From Acidobacteriota bacterium (GTDB lineage Bacteria > Acidobacteriota > UBA6911 > RPQK01 > JAJDTT01), in the NCBI GenBank assembly GCA_965209055.1, contig OZ242374.1, positions 4,576,001 to 4,640,000 of the forward strand: a stretch of DNA of 64,000 nucleotides, read 5' to 3'. The translations under genes were made by a program, and so were the position numbers. Position 1 is the stretch's first letter. Each line of letters begins with the position of its first letter. Shown here piece after piece: positions 46,240-56,396 of this stretch. The notes under the pieces were generated by a model. The model worked only from the letters and a program-made list of their open reading frames with translations. It searched no databases and was not told where the DNA came from.

Positions 46240-48447
46240 CTATCTGGAATAGTGCCCGAAGCGCACCGGGACCGCTTCAGTCTCCTCCTCTTCCAGCATC
46301 TCCCGATAGATCGCCTGCCCTTTCCGGAAGAGGTCTACGGTCTTTTGTTTCTCCCGCTCGTGGCTGAACTGGCCTTTGTCGTGGACGCGCTGGATCAAGA
46401 GATCGATCTGCTCGACGAAGAACTGGGCGGCGGCGTGGGAACGGACAGGCCGGTTCTTGAAGCTGAGGTATACGGGACTGGTATGGGCATAGAGGGCGGC
46501 GTCGTTGGGAAGAAGCCGGTGCGCCTCGCCCCGGACCCGGACCGCCATCCAGCAGCTGTCCGTGACCTCCAGACCCTTCCTCAAACGGACCCGCTTGCCC
46601 TCGTCACGCGCCTTTTCGGTCTCCACCACGCGCCCGTTGACCACCAGTTCGATGCTGGACATGGGAATGTGGGACTCGGCCTCGGCCTCCACCTTCACCT
46701 GCAGCGTCCCTTTCTCCCACTTCAGCTCCGACCCGGGCTCCTGGCCATTGACGGTGAAGGTGACCATGGGGGCGTTGGTGGCAAAGCTCTTTCCCTCCAG
46801 ATAGGCGTCGATCCAGTCGGAATAGTCGAGCCGGGGACCCGACTTCACATAGACCCGCCCCGCCCCCGGGATGAGATGGTAGGGCAGGTCGAGGTAGCTG
46901 TCGGTCCCGGCCGAGATGGGACAGCGGAATCCGGCGTTCAGGAGTTGGTACCAGTGGGCCGTGTTCTTCTCTTCGTCCCCCTGGCACATGACGTCTATGG
47001 TGTCCACGACTCCCAGGGCGATGTCCACCGGGTACTCGCTGGGGAGACTGGGGTGAACGTAGATGACGGCGGCGTTTTGCGCCTTGGCCTTGACGGCCTG
47101 GAAGTAGTTGGCCGGGTCGTCCTGGGGATGGGTGGTGCCGGGCCAGCCCACGAAGGCCGGCTCCACGAAGCTCTTGATCCTCAGAAAGCCCATGTGACCG
47201 TAGAGGCGCAGGTTGCGCATCTCTTCGTTCCAATAGAGGATGTGCCGCTCTTCCGAGAGGGCGTTGGGCCGCCCCTCCACCCGCTTGCGCTCGTAGACGT
47301 ACCCGTCTTCGCTGTTGCAGGCCAGCATATGGGCCACGTTCAGATCTTCGGCCTTCACCACGAAGAGCACGTCCTTGGGCTTGATCCGGTCGTCCGCGCC
47401 GGTGATGGGATCGTGGAAGAGGTTGGCATGGAGGTGGGTGTCGCCCGACCACCAACCCCTGGCGCCCATGTCCCAGGTCCGCTTCAACCGGAACTCCACC
47501 TTCTTGGCCTGTCCCTTGGCGACCTGGACCTTTCGGGCCAACGGGGCGTATTCCAGGCCTTTGACCACCTCCAGGGAGACGGTCCCGGCCGGAACGCCCG
47601 CTTCGAAACCGCCGTCGGCATAGAAGTAGTACTCGCCGCCATAGGGCTGGCGGTAGTCGCCGTTGGTGATGTGAGGCTGAGCTCCCGGCGGTGTGTACGA
47701 CTTTCCGTCGGGTCCGTTGAGATACACACGGGCCTGGGTCGGCCGTCCGTTTTCATCCAGGACTCTGACCTTCACCGTCCCCGAGTCCCAGGCCCGGGTG
47801 GGAAGCGAAATCTCCCGGGACAAGGATCCGGCATCGAGCTTCAAACCTACGGCGCCGCCACTCCATCCTTCCAGTGAAACGGGGACGAACCAGCCCAGAC
47901 TCTGTCCCGCGCCCAGAGTCCGGGGTTCTTCCTGGACTTTCACACCCTCGGTCCCGCTGCGGACCGTCACCTGGACCTGACCGGTTCCCGAATTCCGAAC
48001 GACGAACGGGACGGGAATCACCAGCGATTGGAGGAGGTCCAACCGTTCAGGCGCCTGAAGGACTTCGATCCGGTCCGAGATCTCCAGTTTCACCAGTCGC
48101 GGACTCTCCAATTGCTGATAGGCGTCGCTCATCAGGTCGACCACGCCCTCCAAGGGCAGCGGGTTGTAGCTCAGGTTGGCCCCCCATTCCTGGGCGTAGG
48201 TCTCTCCCTTGATGATGCGCTGAACCTTGAGGATGGAGGGCCGATTCGTGTCCGACCACTGGAGCAGCCGGATGGCGAACTCGGCGGCGTCTCCCAGGTG
48301 AGGCGCCACCGGCTTGTTCATGACGTAGTTGCCCAACAGGGGGATCTGGGTCAGAGGAACCTCTTTGGTCTCCGCCCTGATCGAGCCGGAACCGGCGGCA
48401 AGAAGCAGTAGCAGGACGAACAGCGATGGATGCATTGGTTTTTCCAT
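46240..48447 (-). CDS. CehA/McbA family metallohydrolase, secreted (paralog of 3406-5559)
   Basis: Signal peptide, GWWSGDTHLH, AEDLNVA, LYGHMG, YVHP, SAGTD, GKSFATNAP, YAHTSPVY. Confidence 0.83.
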   Translation of the reverse strand: MEKPMHPSLFVLLLLLAAGSGSIRAETKEVPLTQIPLLGNYVMNKPVAPHLGDAAEFAIRLLQWSDTNRPSILKVQRIIKGETYAQEWGANLSYNPLPLEGVVDLMSDAYQQLESPRLVKLEISDRIEVLQAPERLDLLQSLVIPVPFVVRNSGTGQVQVTVRSGTEGVKVQEEPRTLGAGQSLGWFVPVSLEGWSGGAVGLKLDAGSLSREISLPTRAWDSGTVKVRVLDENGRPTQARVYLNGPDGKSYTPPGAQPHITNGDYRQPYGGEYYFYADGGFEAGVPAGTVSLEVVKGLEYAPLARKVQVAKGQAKKVEFRLKRTWDMGARGWWSGDTHLHANLFHDPITGADDRIKPKDVLFVVKAEDLNVAHMLACNSEDGYVYERKRVEGRPNALSEERHILYWNEEMRNLRLYGHMGFLRIKSFVEPAFVGWPGTTHPQDDPANYFQAVKAKAQNAAVIYVHPSLPSEYPVDIALGVVDTIDVMCQGDEEKNTAHWYQLLNAGFRCPISAGTDSYLDLPYHLIPGAGRVYVKSGPRLDYSDWIDAYLEGKSFATNAPMVTFTVNGQEPGSELKWEKGTLQVKVEAEAESHIPMSSIELVVNGRVVETEKARDEGKRVRLRKGLEVTDSCWMAVRVRGEAHRLLPNDAALYAHTSPVYLSFKNRPVRSHAAAQFFVEQIDLLIQRVHDKGQFSHEREKQKTVDLFRKGQAIYREMLEEEETEAVPVRFGHYSR

Positions 48448-48704
48448 GAACAGGTGACCTTTGAAGCCCGAATCCGGCCCGGATTCTAGCAGTCCGGGGC
48501 CAAAGTCACCACGGCATTGACCGGAAGTGGCGAAGGAAAAATCGCGAACGGTTCGGTTGAACCGCTCCGTGGCATTGCCCGTTTCTCACCAGAACCGGCC
48601 AGAAACGGCGCACCATGATCAGAACGGCATCGACTCCATTAGCGTCCTACCGGGTCTGCCTCCGGTGTCTCACCACACCCCCGGGCAGGTCACCATCCGT
48701 TCTG

Positions 48705-51700
48705 TCACTCCTCCTGCGTTATCGAGAGCTTGGAGATCGTCCAACTGGAGCTGTCCTCGATCATGTTCGCGGAGAAAACGATCGAATACTTGTTACCCGA
48801 CGGTGTGTTCAACACAGAGTCAGCAGGTAAGCTGACGTTGCTGGAACCACAACTCTGGAAACCACTGCCGATAAACAGACAACCCTTCTCCGATCCGAAG
48901 AATTCGCCGACGGCAAACCGGCCAAACGTATTGCCCGCGTCGGGAGTCCCTTCGGGGAACTGAAGGGCGCATTCGCTTCCGGATTGGATCGTGCTACCGG
49001 CAGCGCACACCTGGCTCGTGTCGTCATCTTCATCATCGGAAGGAATATCCGCCAAGCGCCAACTGGCATTTCCGCTCTCTCCGTCGATGCAACTGTAGGT
49101 GAACGTTCCCGACGTTTCGGAAGCGAACGTCAGTTCGAAGGTGCAGCGATCGCCGTCGTCATAATTCAGCGTCAACGTTCCCGTATTCGAACCTGAATTC
49201 CGATACGTATAGTCTCCGGGATAGACGTCCGACTCCTCGGTTTCCTCGAAGCGGCCGGGACGGATGAAATCGATGTGGTAGTCCGGAAAGCCCGTCAACA
49301 TGCGCTTGCCAACGAAGACTTCGTTGAACGCGCCTTGATCGGCGGGAGCCAGCGATACTGGCGGCTCGGTCACGGTGACGGTCGTTGAGTCCGAGGCGGT
49401 CTGTCCGTCGGCTCCGCGGACGGTGATGCGGTAGGTCGTCGTTCTGGTGGGGGAAACTCGCCGCGATCCGGAGGTCGGGACCGTGCCGATCCCCGGCGTG
49501 AGGGACGCGCTGGTCGCGTTGGTGGATGACCACCTCAGGGTCGCGCTCTGGCCCCGCTCGATGGACGTGGGCGATGCCGACAGACTCACCGTCGGGGCCG
49601 TCCGAGGCACTTCGGGGCGGGTCCCGCCCTTCACCGGCACCACCGGGAGCGTCGTGAAGATGCCGTTGTCGAAATCCATCTCCAAGGCGACCCCGGCGAA
49701 CCTTCCCCCGACCGGCGCCAGGCACCTCACTGAACCCACGAACTCCGACGAGCCTGCGCCGGCGAAGATCTCATCAATGAACCGGGCGGTCTGCCCCCCT
49801 GCGTCCAACGGGATATCTACGCTTTCCAGCGCGGAGCCTCCCCGCATCAAGTTACAGGACACCGTCATTTCTTCCGCGGTCAGGTTGCGGAGCGCCACGC
49901 CGGTATTGATGCCTCCCGCTTGGCGGCGAGCCGGGAAGAGGGCGTCAGCGACGGGTTCGCTGGCTCCAACCCCCGCCACTCCCGCACCTGGGAGCGTAAA
50001 GCGAAGGACCCCGCCGATCGGGCCGTCCGATATCACCCGCACCGATCCCACCACGACATCCCCCCGGCCGTGGGTCGAAATCGTGAAATCTCCCAATGGC
50101 GGCAGTGCCTGACGCGCACGAAGGCCTCCGTCCGGACGCATCTCCAGGCTGTTTCCGGTATCCACCACTGAATCCGGCTCTATCTCATTGCCATCCTGAT
50201 CAAAAAAGTAGAGGGTGGGACGGATCCGCTGGGTCGAGACGTTCAACAACACCACATCGGAGGTGATGGAAGAACCATTGGCGAAATGGGCAAACTCCAG
50301 AGAGGTCTCCCCGTTTCCGGCTCCCGTCTGGTCCACAGCCACCACCGGCAGAGTTGTGAAGATGCCGTCGTTGGCATCCATCTCCAAGGCTATCCCGGCG
50401 AACCTTCTCCCTTCAGGCGCGGTGCACCTCACTGATCCCACGAAATCGGACGTGTTCACGCCGGGGAAGATCTCATTGATGAACTGCGCGGTCTGCCCGC
50501 CGGCGTCCAACTGGATCTCCTCGTCTTCCAGCACGGAGCCCCTCCGCATCAAGTAACAGGACACCGTCATCCCGTCCGCTTCCAGGTTGCGCAGCGCCAC
50601 TCCGGTGTTGACGCCACTCGCTTGGCGGCGTGCCGGGAAGAGGGCGTCATTGAGGGGTTCACTGGCCCCGACTCCCGCCACTCCTATGCCGGGCGCGTCA
50701 AAGCGCAGCACCCCGCCGATGGATCCGTCCGCTGTTACCCGCACCGATCCCACGACAAGGTCCCCCCGGCCGTGGGTCGAAATCGTCAGCTCTTCCAGCG
50801 GCGCCATCTCGGTTCTTACGCTCAAAGCTCCGTTTTCAAGCACCTCCAAATCTCGAGTGATCTCCACCAGCGATCCGGCGTCAATCCGATTGCCTTCGTC
50901 ATCGGCAAAGTAGAGGGTGGGACGGATCGGCGTGGCCGCAACGTTCAACAACACCACGTCGGAGCTGATGGAAGAACCATTGGCGAAATGGGCAAACTCC
51001 AGCGCGAAATCCTCGTCGATAAACTGGCGGATTTGGGGATAGAAAAACGATAGGCGAGTATAAATGTCACGAGACGGACCGATCGGACAGAAATCCCCAC
51101 CTTCTCCGCCGCTCAGTGCCCCCACGAGGGTTCCAGGGCTGCTGAAGATGGCGGACCCGGAAGAGCCCCCTTCCGTGTAGCCTTGTCCCAATGGATAGGA
51201 AACAATCAAGTAGGATTCTTCGGAAACGCCAAACCCTGGGTCGCGAATAGTCTGACCGAAGGAAATCCGCTTGAACTCGCCCCAATCACTCCCCGGATGA
51301 TGAATTCCGGCGACTTGCTCGCCGACCGGTTGCGGGTCCGCGTCCCAGCCTTGGAACATCACGCCGTCCGGCAGATCACCTTCGAGCTGTAGCAGCGTCA
51401 TATCGCCGCTGGGCTGCCCGAGGTCCTCGATTTCGGAGAACCCTGTGGTGGCGAGCAGACGCGCCCCCTCGGTGCGCGGCACGCTCCGCAAGTCCGGCGA
51501 TTCTCCGTTACAGGTTCGCGTCTGGTAGAACCAGGCCGCCGTCACGCTCCGCGCTTCCGCCTCGGTTTGCACGCAGTGGGCCGCGGTGAGAAAGTAGGGA
51601 GTGAAGTCCTGCCGGCTGTTGTTCAGCACCGTGCCCGAGCAGGCTGCACTGCTACCTTCGCTCGTCTCGATGAATATTCTCGCGACTCCGGTTGCGGAAC

Positions 51701-53738
51701 TCTCCCATTCCGAGTGGCAGGTCACATCCAGGTGACAGTCCACCGCGTTCGTATCCACGGTCGCCGTGATCGTACCCTCGGCGACGGCGCCAGTATCAAT
51801 AACAGCGATGGAGACGAAGTAGGTTCCGGCTCGAAGCGGCGGGTCGGAGCGCCGGGTGATGCCGATCCGTTCGTCACCCGCGTAGTCAAAGACAGCTCTC
51901 CCATTCTGAACGCCGTTGTCTTCGCCGTGGCGGACAACCAAAACCACATCGGCATCGGATTCCAGCGTCAAGGTGACAAGAGTGGCGGCCTCGGGAACCT
52001 CCAGCCGGAACGAGCGATTCCCTGCGAACAGGGTCGGGTTGTCAACCGGACCCAAACGGAAGTCGGACGGTTGACCGGGGGTGAGCGGTCCACCGCCGAT
52101 CTGTTCCGGATCTTCTCCGTCACCGTCCCGTTCCACTTCCGCTGTGAGCGTGCATTCGGCAGAGACGCCGGTATCCCAGAGTAGTACCGAGACAAAGTAG
52201 GCTCCGGCTTGAAGCGGCGGGTCGGATTCGGGGGTAATGACGATCTCCTCGTTGCCCGTGTCTCCCCGCGAAGCGAAATCATAGACAACCCTCCCATCCT
52301 GAACCTCGTTGTCCTCGCCATAACGGACATACAAGTCCACGTCGACATCGGGATCGGCCGATTCCAGCGTGAAGGTGACCCGGGAGGCGTCGTCGGGAAC
52401 CTCCAGGCGGAACGAGTTGTCCCCGGTGAACAGTGTCGGGCTGTCAACCGGATCTAGACGGAATTCGACGGGACGTCCAGGCCTGAGCGGTCTACCTCCA
52501 GTCGGCTCCGGGTCCTTATCGTCCAACTCCACTTCCGCCGTGAGCGTGCACTCGGCGACGACGTCCGTATCCCAGAGAAGCACCGAGACAAAGTAGCTTC
52601 CGGCTTGAAGCGGCGGGTCGGATTCGGGGGTGATGACGATCTCCTCATTACCCGTGTCTCCGATCGAATTGTAGTCGTAGACAGGCCTCCCATCCTGAAC
52701 ATCGTTGTCCTCGCCATGGCGGACATACAAATCCACGTCGACATCGGGATCGGCCGATTCCAGCGTGAAGGTGACCCGGGAGGCGTCGTCGGGAACCACC
52801 AGCCGGAATGAGTTGTCCCCGGTGAATAGTGTCGGGTTCTCAACCGGACCTATCCGGAACTCGACGGGGCGCCCGGGCGTGAGCCTCCTTGCCGCTTTCG
52901 CGCGTGGCGTTTTTAGGGAGGTGGACCGCTTGACCGGCTGTATCGGCTTGTCCGGCAACGACGACCCCGACCCTGTTCCCACCGCAGCCTCGATCGGACC
53001 AGCAAACAATCGTTTTTCCCATTCCCGGCGGTCTGAACTTGCCGCCGTTTCCACGCCGGTTCCGAAAGCGTCGTCCCAGATATGGCTGATGGCGACAATA
53101 TGAAACGGGACGGCTTCGTCTGCCGCCGGCTCACCCGGCAGATATTCGATTGTCAGGCTATCGCCGAAAACGATGCCGCTCCAGAAGTCTCCGTCCTCGT
53201 ACCGACCCGAACCGCTGTATGGCCCCACGATCTGACCGCTCTCCGAGTGAAGCCAGAGACGGCCTGCCCCGACGGCGAAATCCTGAAAGTGAATTCGCAT
53301 GGCGCGAGCACTGGGAGAGGACACCTTCAGGCGCCAGACGGGTCCGGCCGAGGTCGATTGCCACGCTCCCTCGGCGGTTGTCTTGACGGTCTCCCCGGAG
53401 AAGTTCAACCGGACCGCGCCCGGTGGCAACTGACGGTGAACGCCGATTACGGGTGGCTGGCCCCGTTGCGTCTGCAAACTCTGCAAATCGTCCGGGCCCA
53501 GTGGTGGCAGAGTAGCCGTGGCGGGAAATGGAAGGCTCAGTCGCAGGCTGGGCGGTCTGACCGCTGCCGCCTTCGAACGCCGTTGTTCTTCCAGAACCAG
53601 GGGCCCGATCCGTTGGCCCCAGCCCGGCGGCGACAGCATGGCAAGTGTCAGGACCAGGAATATTCCCCGGCGCCATAACACCGGTGAAACTACGGCACTC
53701 ACCCAGGTTGTGGATTCGTCAGGCTTCCCTTTGAACAT
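48705..53738 (-). CDS. Large secreted trypsin-like serine protease (lysyl endopeptidase-like) with 3 PPC-like repeats and 2 tandem ~234-aa modules
   Basis: Pro-domain VWRLKVSSPSARAMRIHF. Catalytic triad in LTAAHC, GDMTLL, GGSSGS. Internal repeats and a Ser/Thr-rich Ig-like segment. Confidence 0.88.
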   Translation of the reverse strand: MFKGKPDESTTWVSAVVSPVLWRRGIFLVLTLAMLSPPGWGQRIGPLVLEEQRRSKAAAVRPPSLRLSLPFPATATLPPLGPDDLQSLQTQRGQPPVIGVHRQLPPGAVRLNFSGETVKTTAEGAWQSTSAGPVWRLKVSSPSARAMRIHFQDFAVGAGRLWLHSESGQIVGPYSGSGRYEDGDFWSGIVFGDSLTIEYLPGEPAADEAVPFHIVAISHIWDDAFGTGVETAASSDRREWEKRLFAGPIEAAVGTGSGSSLPDKPIQPVKRSTSLKTPRAKAARRLTPGRPVEFRIGPVENPTLFTGDNSFRLVVPDDASRVTFTLESADPDVDVDLYVRHGEDNDVQDGRPVYDYNSIGDTGNEEIVITPESDPPLQAGSYFVSVLLWDTDVVAECTLTAEVELDDKDPEPTGGRPLRPGRPVEFRLDPVDSPTLFTGDNSFRLEVPDDASRVTFTLESADPDVDVDLYVRYGEDNEVQDGRVVYDFASRGDTGNEEIVITPESDPPLQAGAYFVSVLLWDTGVSAECTLTAEVERDGDGEDPEQIGGGPLTPGQPSDFRLGPVDNPTLFAGNRSFRLEVPEAATLVTLTLESDADVVLVVRHGEDNGVQNGRAVFDYAGDERIGITRRSDPPLRAGTYFVSIAVIDTGAVAEGTITATVDTNAVDCHLDVTCHSEWESSATGVARIFIETSEGSSAACSGTVLNNSRQDFTPYFLTAAHCVQTEAEARSVTAAWFYQTRTCNGESPDLRSVPRTEGARLLATTGFSEIEDLGQPSGDMTLLQLEGDLPDGVMFQGWDADPQPVGEQVAGIHHPGSDWGEFKRISFGQTIRDPGFGVSEESYLIVSYPLGQGYTEGGSSGSAIFSSPGTLVGALSGGEGGDFCPIGPSRDIYTRLSFFYPQIRQFIDEDFALEFAHFANGSSISSDVVLLNVAATPIRPTLYFADDEGNRIDAGSLVEITRDLEVLENGALSVRTEMAPLEELTISTHGRGDLVVGSVRVTADGSIGGVLRFDAPGIGVAGVGASEPLNDALFPARRQASGVNTGVALRNLEADGMTVSCYLMRRGSVLEDEEIQLDAGGQTAQFINEIFPGVNTSDFVGSVRCTAPEGRRFAGIALEMDANDGIFTTLPVVAVDQTGAGNGETSLEFAHFANGSSITSDVVLLNVSTQRIRPTLYFFDQDGNEIEPDSVVDTGNSLEMRPDGGLRARQALPPLGDFTISTHGRGDVVVGSVRVISDGPIGGVLRFTLPGAGVAGVGASEPVADALFPARRQAGGINTGVALRNLTAEEMTVSCNLMRGGSALESVDIPLDAGGQTARFIDEIFAGAGSSEFVGSVRCLAPVGGRFAGVALEMDFDNGIFTTLPVVPVKGGTRPEVPRTAPTVSLSASPTSIERGQSATLRWSSTNATSASLTPGIGTVPTSGSRRVSPTRTTTYRITVRGADGQTASDSTTVTVTEPPVSLAPADQGAFNEVFVGKRMLTGFPDYHIDFIRPGRFEETEESDVYPGDYTYRNSGSNTGTLTLNYDDGDRCTFELTFASETSGTFTYSCIDGESGNASWRLADIPSDDEDDDTSQVCAAGSTIQSGSECALQFPEGTPDAGNTFGRFAVGEFFGSEKGCLFIGSGFQSCGSSNVSLPADSVLNTPSGNKYSIVFSANMIEDSSSWTISKLSITQEE
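49633..51002 (-). repeat. Two intragenic 702-bp-period domain repeats
   Basis: LEFAHFANGSSI.SDVVLLNV ... GIFTTLPVV starts at both 51002 and 50300. Confidence 0.85.
51750..52883 (-). repeat. Three intragenic PPC-like domain repeats (period 396/402 bp)
   Basis: Units start at 52883, 52487 and 52085 (L.PG.P..FR..PV..PTLF.G..SFRL.VP). The first two share long identical DNA stretches. Confidence 0.85.
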
Positions 53739-54198
53739 GGTTCTCTTCCCCTTGGAACCTGTCCGAAAACTGGGCTGTCACGGACGCTGTTCTTCGATCG
53801 GTTGGCATCGCGCATGGAACCGGATTACCCGAGTGATGCACACCGCCACCCACCATCTCTTTTTCGTTTGATCTCACCCGTTTCCCCAACTCCCGGATCA
53901 GGAATGGCGAATTGGTGCGCCGGATTGTTGCGGAGACATAAATCCCGGTTACGGGGATGAAAAAGACGCCACGACCGGGGCCGGGTGAGACAGCCGGTCA
54001 CCGGAACCACCGACCCGGACACCAACCCCAAAGGCGCGACAAACGACTCGATAGCCCCGAAAAATCCAGCGCCTGTTCCGACGCCATTTCGTCCGTCCTG
54101 GCGGAGTACATCGTGTTCTCCATGCGGGAGTGGGCCCGAGAGAGGAGGATTGTACTGCACAACTACCAGATAGATACCAACCTTTGTGTGATATTATG

Positions 54199-54226
54199 AA
54201 GATAATACACGTTCTTATTGTGTCAA
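54199..54226 (-). promoter_or_regulatory. Putative sigma70 promoter in an AT-rich patch, pointing toward the protease gene
   Basis: TTGACA-N16-TATCTT on the minus strand, overlapped by the imperfect inverted repeat GTGATATTAT..ATAATACAC. Confidence 0.45.
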
Positions 54227-54253
54227 TACTGTGTGATTTCGGCGATCTGTGCG

Positions 54254-54451
54254 AGGATCGCCCTTCAGGACAATCCTGCTGCGGCGGGTCTCCAGGTCGG
54301 GAACGGACAGAGGAACGGCCGAGATAAGCTCCTGCGTATACGGATGCAAGGGGCTCTCGTAGAGGTCGTCCCGGGCGGCCAGCTCAACGATCCGGCCCAG
54401 GTACATGACCGCGACCCGGTCGCTGATTTCCCGGACCATGCTCAGGTCGTG
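54254..54451 (-). pseudogene. Remnant of an oligopeptide/dipeptide ABC transporter ATPase (C-terminal part)
   Basis: [23 protein letters not shown]...[18 protein letters not shown]...IVLKGDP. Walker A/B and signature motifs are absent. Confidence 0.85.
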
Positions 54452-54530
54452 GCGTCCCTTTGTGTTCGATCGAATCTCAGGCTGAAACTGCAGCACCCAG
54501 GAGTCTGCGCCCGTCCCTGTGCTGAATCGC

Positions 54531-55325
54531 TTATCGAAAGTGCGCGCTGATCTTTCCCAGCCCGTCGATATCGACTTGCACGAGATCGTTTCGTTGGATC
54601 CAGTGGGTCTGAACGAGGCTTCCCAACAACACGAACTCGCCGGCCCTCAAGTAGCTCCCGCGCGTTTCCAGGGAGTTGGCCAACCAGGCGAGCGCTTCAA
54701 GGGGGTGACCCAGGATGTCGGCTCCCCGTCCGCTACCGAGATGCTCGCCGTTCACGGACATGGACCCAACAATGCCCTGCAAGTCGATTGAGGACCATGC
54801 GGTCACCGGCTCACCCAGCACGCAGGCGGAGCCAAAGAAATCGTCGGCAATCAGTGTTGCCGTATCGATCGACGAATAGTCGACCCAGCGGTCGTCGACA
54901 ACTTCGATCGCAGCCATCACCGATTCCACTGATGGCGCAATCGTCTCCCGGTCGTGGAGGCGACCCACCGAATTGAGATCTCGACCCAGGGAGACCGCCA
55001 ATTCGCATTCCACGCCCACATGCAGAAAGCTGTCGTGTTCGAACAGTCCGGATACCCGCCTGACTGTTGAACCGAAAACTCCTCCGGAACAGGGATTGTC
55101 AATTCCCAGGTACTTCTGCATGACGGCCGTCGTACAGCCGATCTTGTAACCGACCCGAGGCCCCAGGTCTGTGCGTATAAAGCGGGAGTGCAACAGCTCC
55201 TGGATGGCGTAGGCCTCGGCCTCGCTCCCGGGCCGGAGCGGGTCGGGCAACCGGCCCATTCGCTTGAGCTCCAGTCTCCCCACGCTCAGCAGATCGGCAG
55301 CCTGTTCCATCAAATCGACTGTCAC
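54531..55325 (-). CDS. 2-keto-4-pentenoate hydratase-like (FAH superfamily) protein
   Basis: [49 protein letters not shown]. Confidence 0.88.
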   Translation of the reverse strand: MTVDLMEQAADLLSVGRLELKRMGRLPDPLRPGSEAEAYAIQELLHSRFIRTDLGPRVGYKIGCTTAVMQKYLGIDNPCSGGVFGSTVRRVSGLFEHDSFLHVGVECELAVSLGRDLNSVGRLHDRETIAPSVESVMAAIEVVDDRWVDYSSIDTATLIADDFFGSACVLGEPVTAWSSIDLQGIVGSMSVNGEHLGSGRGADILGHPLEALAWLANSLETRGSYLRAGEFVLLGSLVQTHWIQRNDLVQVDIDGLGKISAHFR

Positions 55326-55451
55326 CGTCGGAATGCTCCGGTCAGAAGGGGCAATCAGCTGATAATCCTGAGCGAACGATACAGTAGAAGTATACTGAGT
55401 TGGCGAATCGCGAGGAACAAATCCACGGGTTGGAAAACGGGATCAGAGGTC

Positions 55452-56342
55452 ATGAAAACAGCACGCATTGACGACCGGGACTGGAGCGCTTTGACCCGGG
55501 GCGAGCAGCTCTACCAGATCGAGGTGGAAGGCTACCTGCTCATGCCCAACATGCTGTCGCCCGATGAGGTGCGGCAGCTCAAGTCGGAGACGGCGCGCCT
55601 GGAGACCTTTCCCATGCCCTACAGCGTGCACCAGCGGGACCGGATGCTGCAGCCGGGGCACAACCCCTATCCGGGCTCCGACTGGGAGCCCTATCGCTTC
55701 GGCAGCCAGGGGGGCGCCATCACGGACCTCGTCGCCCATGAGCCCATGGTGGCATTCCTGGAAAGGATGTTCGGGGACGAGATCGTCTTCATGACCTACC
55801 TGTACGCCCGGTCCGAGCCGGGGCACCCGGGGATCAGCCTCCACACCGACGGGCAACCTTACGGATCGGAGATCTTCGGCTACGAGTGCAGTTGCCCGGT
55901 CATGGTCAAGGTCCTCTACTACCTGGACGACCTGACCCCCGATGTCTCGCCCTTCAGCGTTCTCCCCCGGTCCCATCTCTCCCTCCACCATCAGGCCAAC
56001 CCCTACCAGCGTTACCGCGATCATCCGGACCTGGTGATGGTCACCGCGACGGCCGGATCGGCCCTGGTCCTGCATCCCCGCGTCTTCCATGGCACCTACG
56101 CCAACGTGGGACAGCGATCCCGGGAGATGTTGCAACTGGGATACCGTCCCGCCTGGTCCGGTCCCATCCAGGAAAAGGTTCCGGCCTGGGACCCCGCGGA
56201 ACTGGATCTGTTGCCACCCCGGGTGCGGCGTCTGTTCAAGGACCGGAACGCCTGCAAATTCCGGGACGACGGCGATCACAAACCGGCCGACATGGCCAAC
56301 TCCGCCGACTGGATCAGCCCGGGCCGCTGGGACTGGAAGTAG
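55452..56342 (+). CDS. Phytanoyl-CoA dioxygenase (PhyH) family Fe(II)/2OG dioxygenase
   Basis: EGYLLMPNMLSPDEV, LHTDG (HxD), VLYYLDDL, PRSH, AGSALVLH..VFHG, N...SR. Confidence 0.88.
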   Translation: MKTARIDDRDWSALTRGEQLYQIEVEGYLLMPNMLSPDEVRQLKSETARLETFPMPYSVHQRDRMLQPGHNPYPGSDWEPYRFGSQGGAITDLVAHEPMVAFLERMFGDEIVFMTYLYARSEPGHPGISLHTDGQPYGSEIFGYECSCPVMVKVLYYLDDLTPDVSPFSVLPRSHLSLHHQANPYQRYRDHPDLVMVTATAGSALVLHPRVFHGTYANVGQRSREMLQLGYRPAWSGPIQEKVPAWDPAELDLLPPRVRRLFKDRNACKFRDDGDHKPADMANSADWISPGRWDWK

Positions 56343-56396
56343 ATCCCTCCGAAGCGAATCGGGATCACCTCGGACACGCCCGAGTCGGTCAGACCC

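Noticed and set aside
48453-48510. Nested inverted repeats around an extended -10-like TGCTAGAAT upstream of the CehA/McbA gene
   Set aside because: Short, imperfect and GC-rich, so possibly chance. No matching regulator or second copy was seen.
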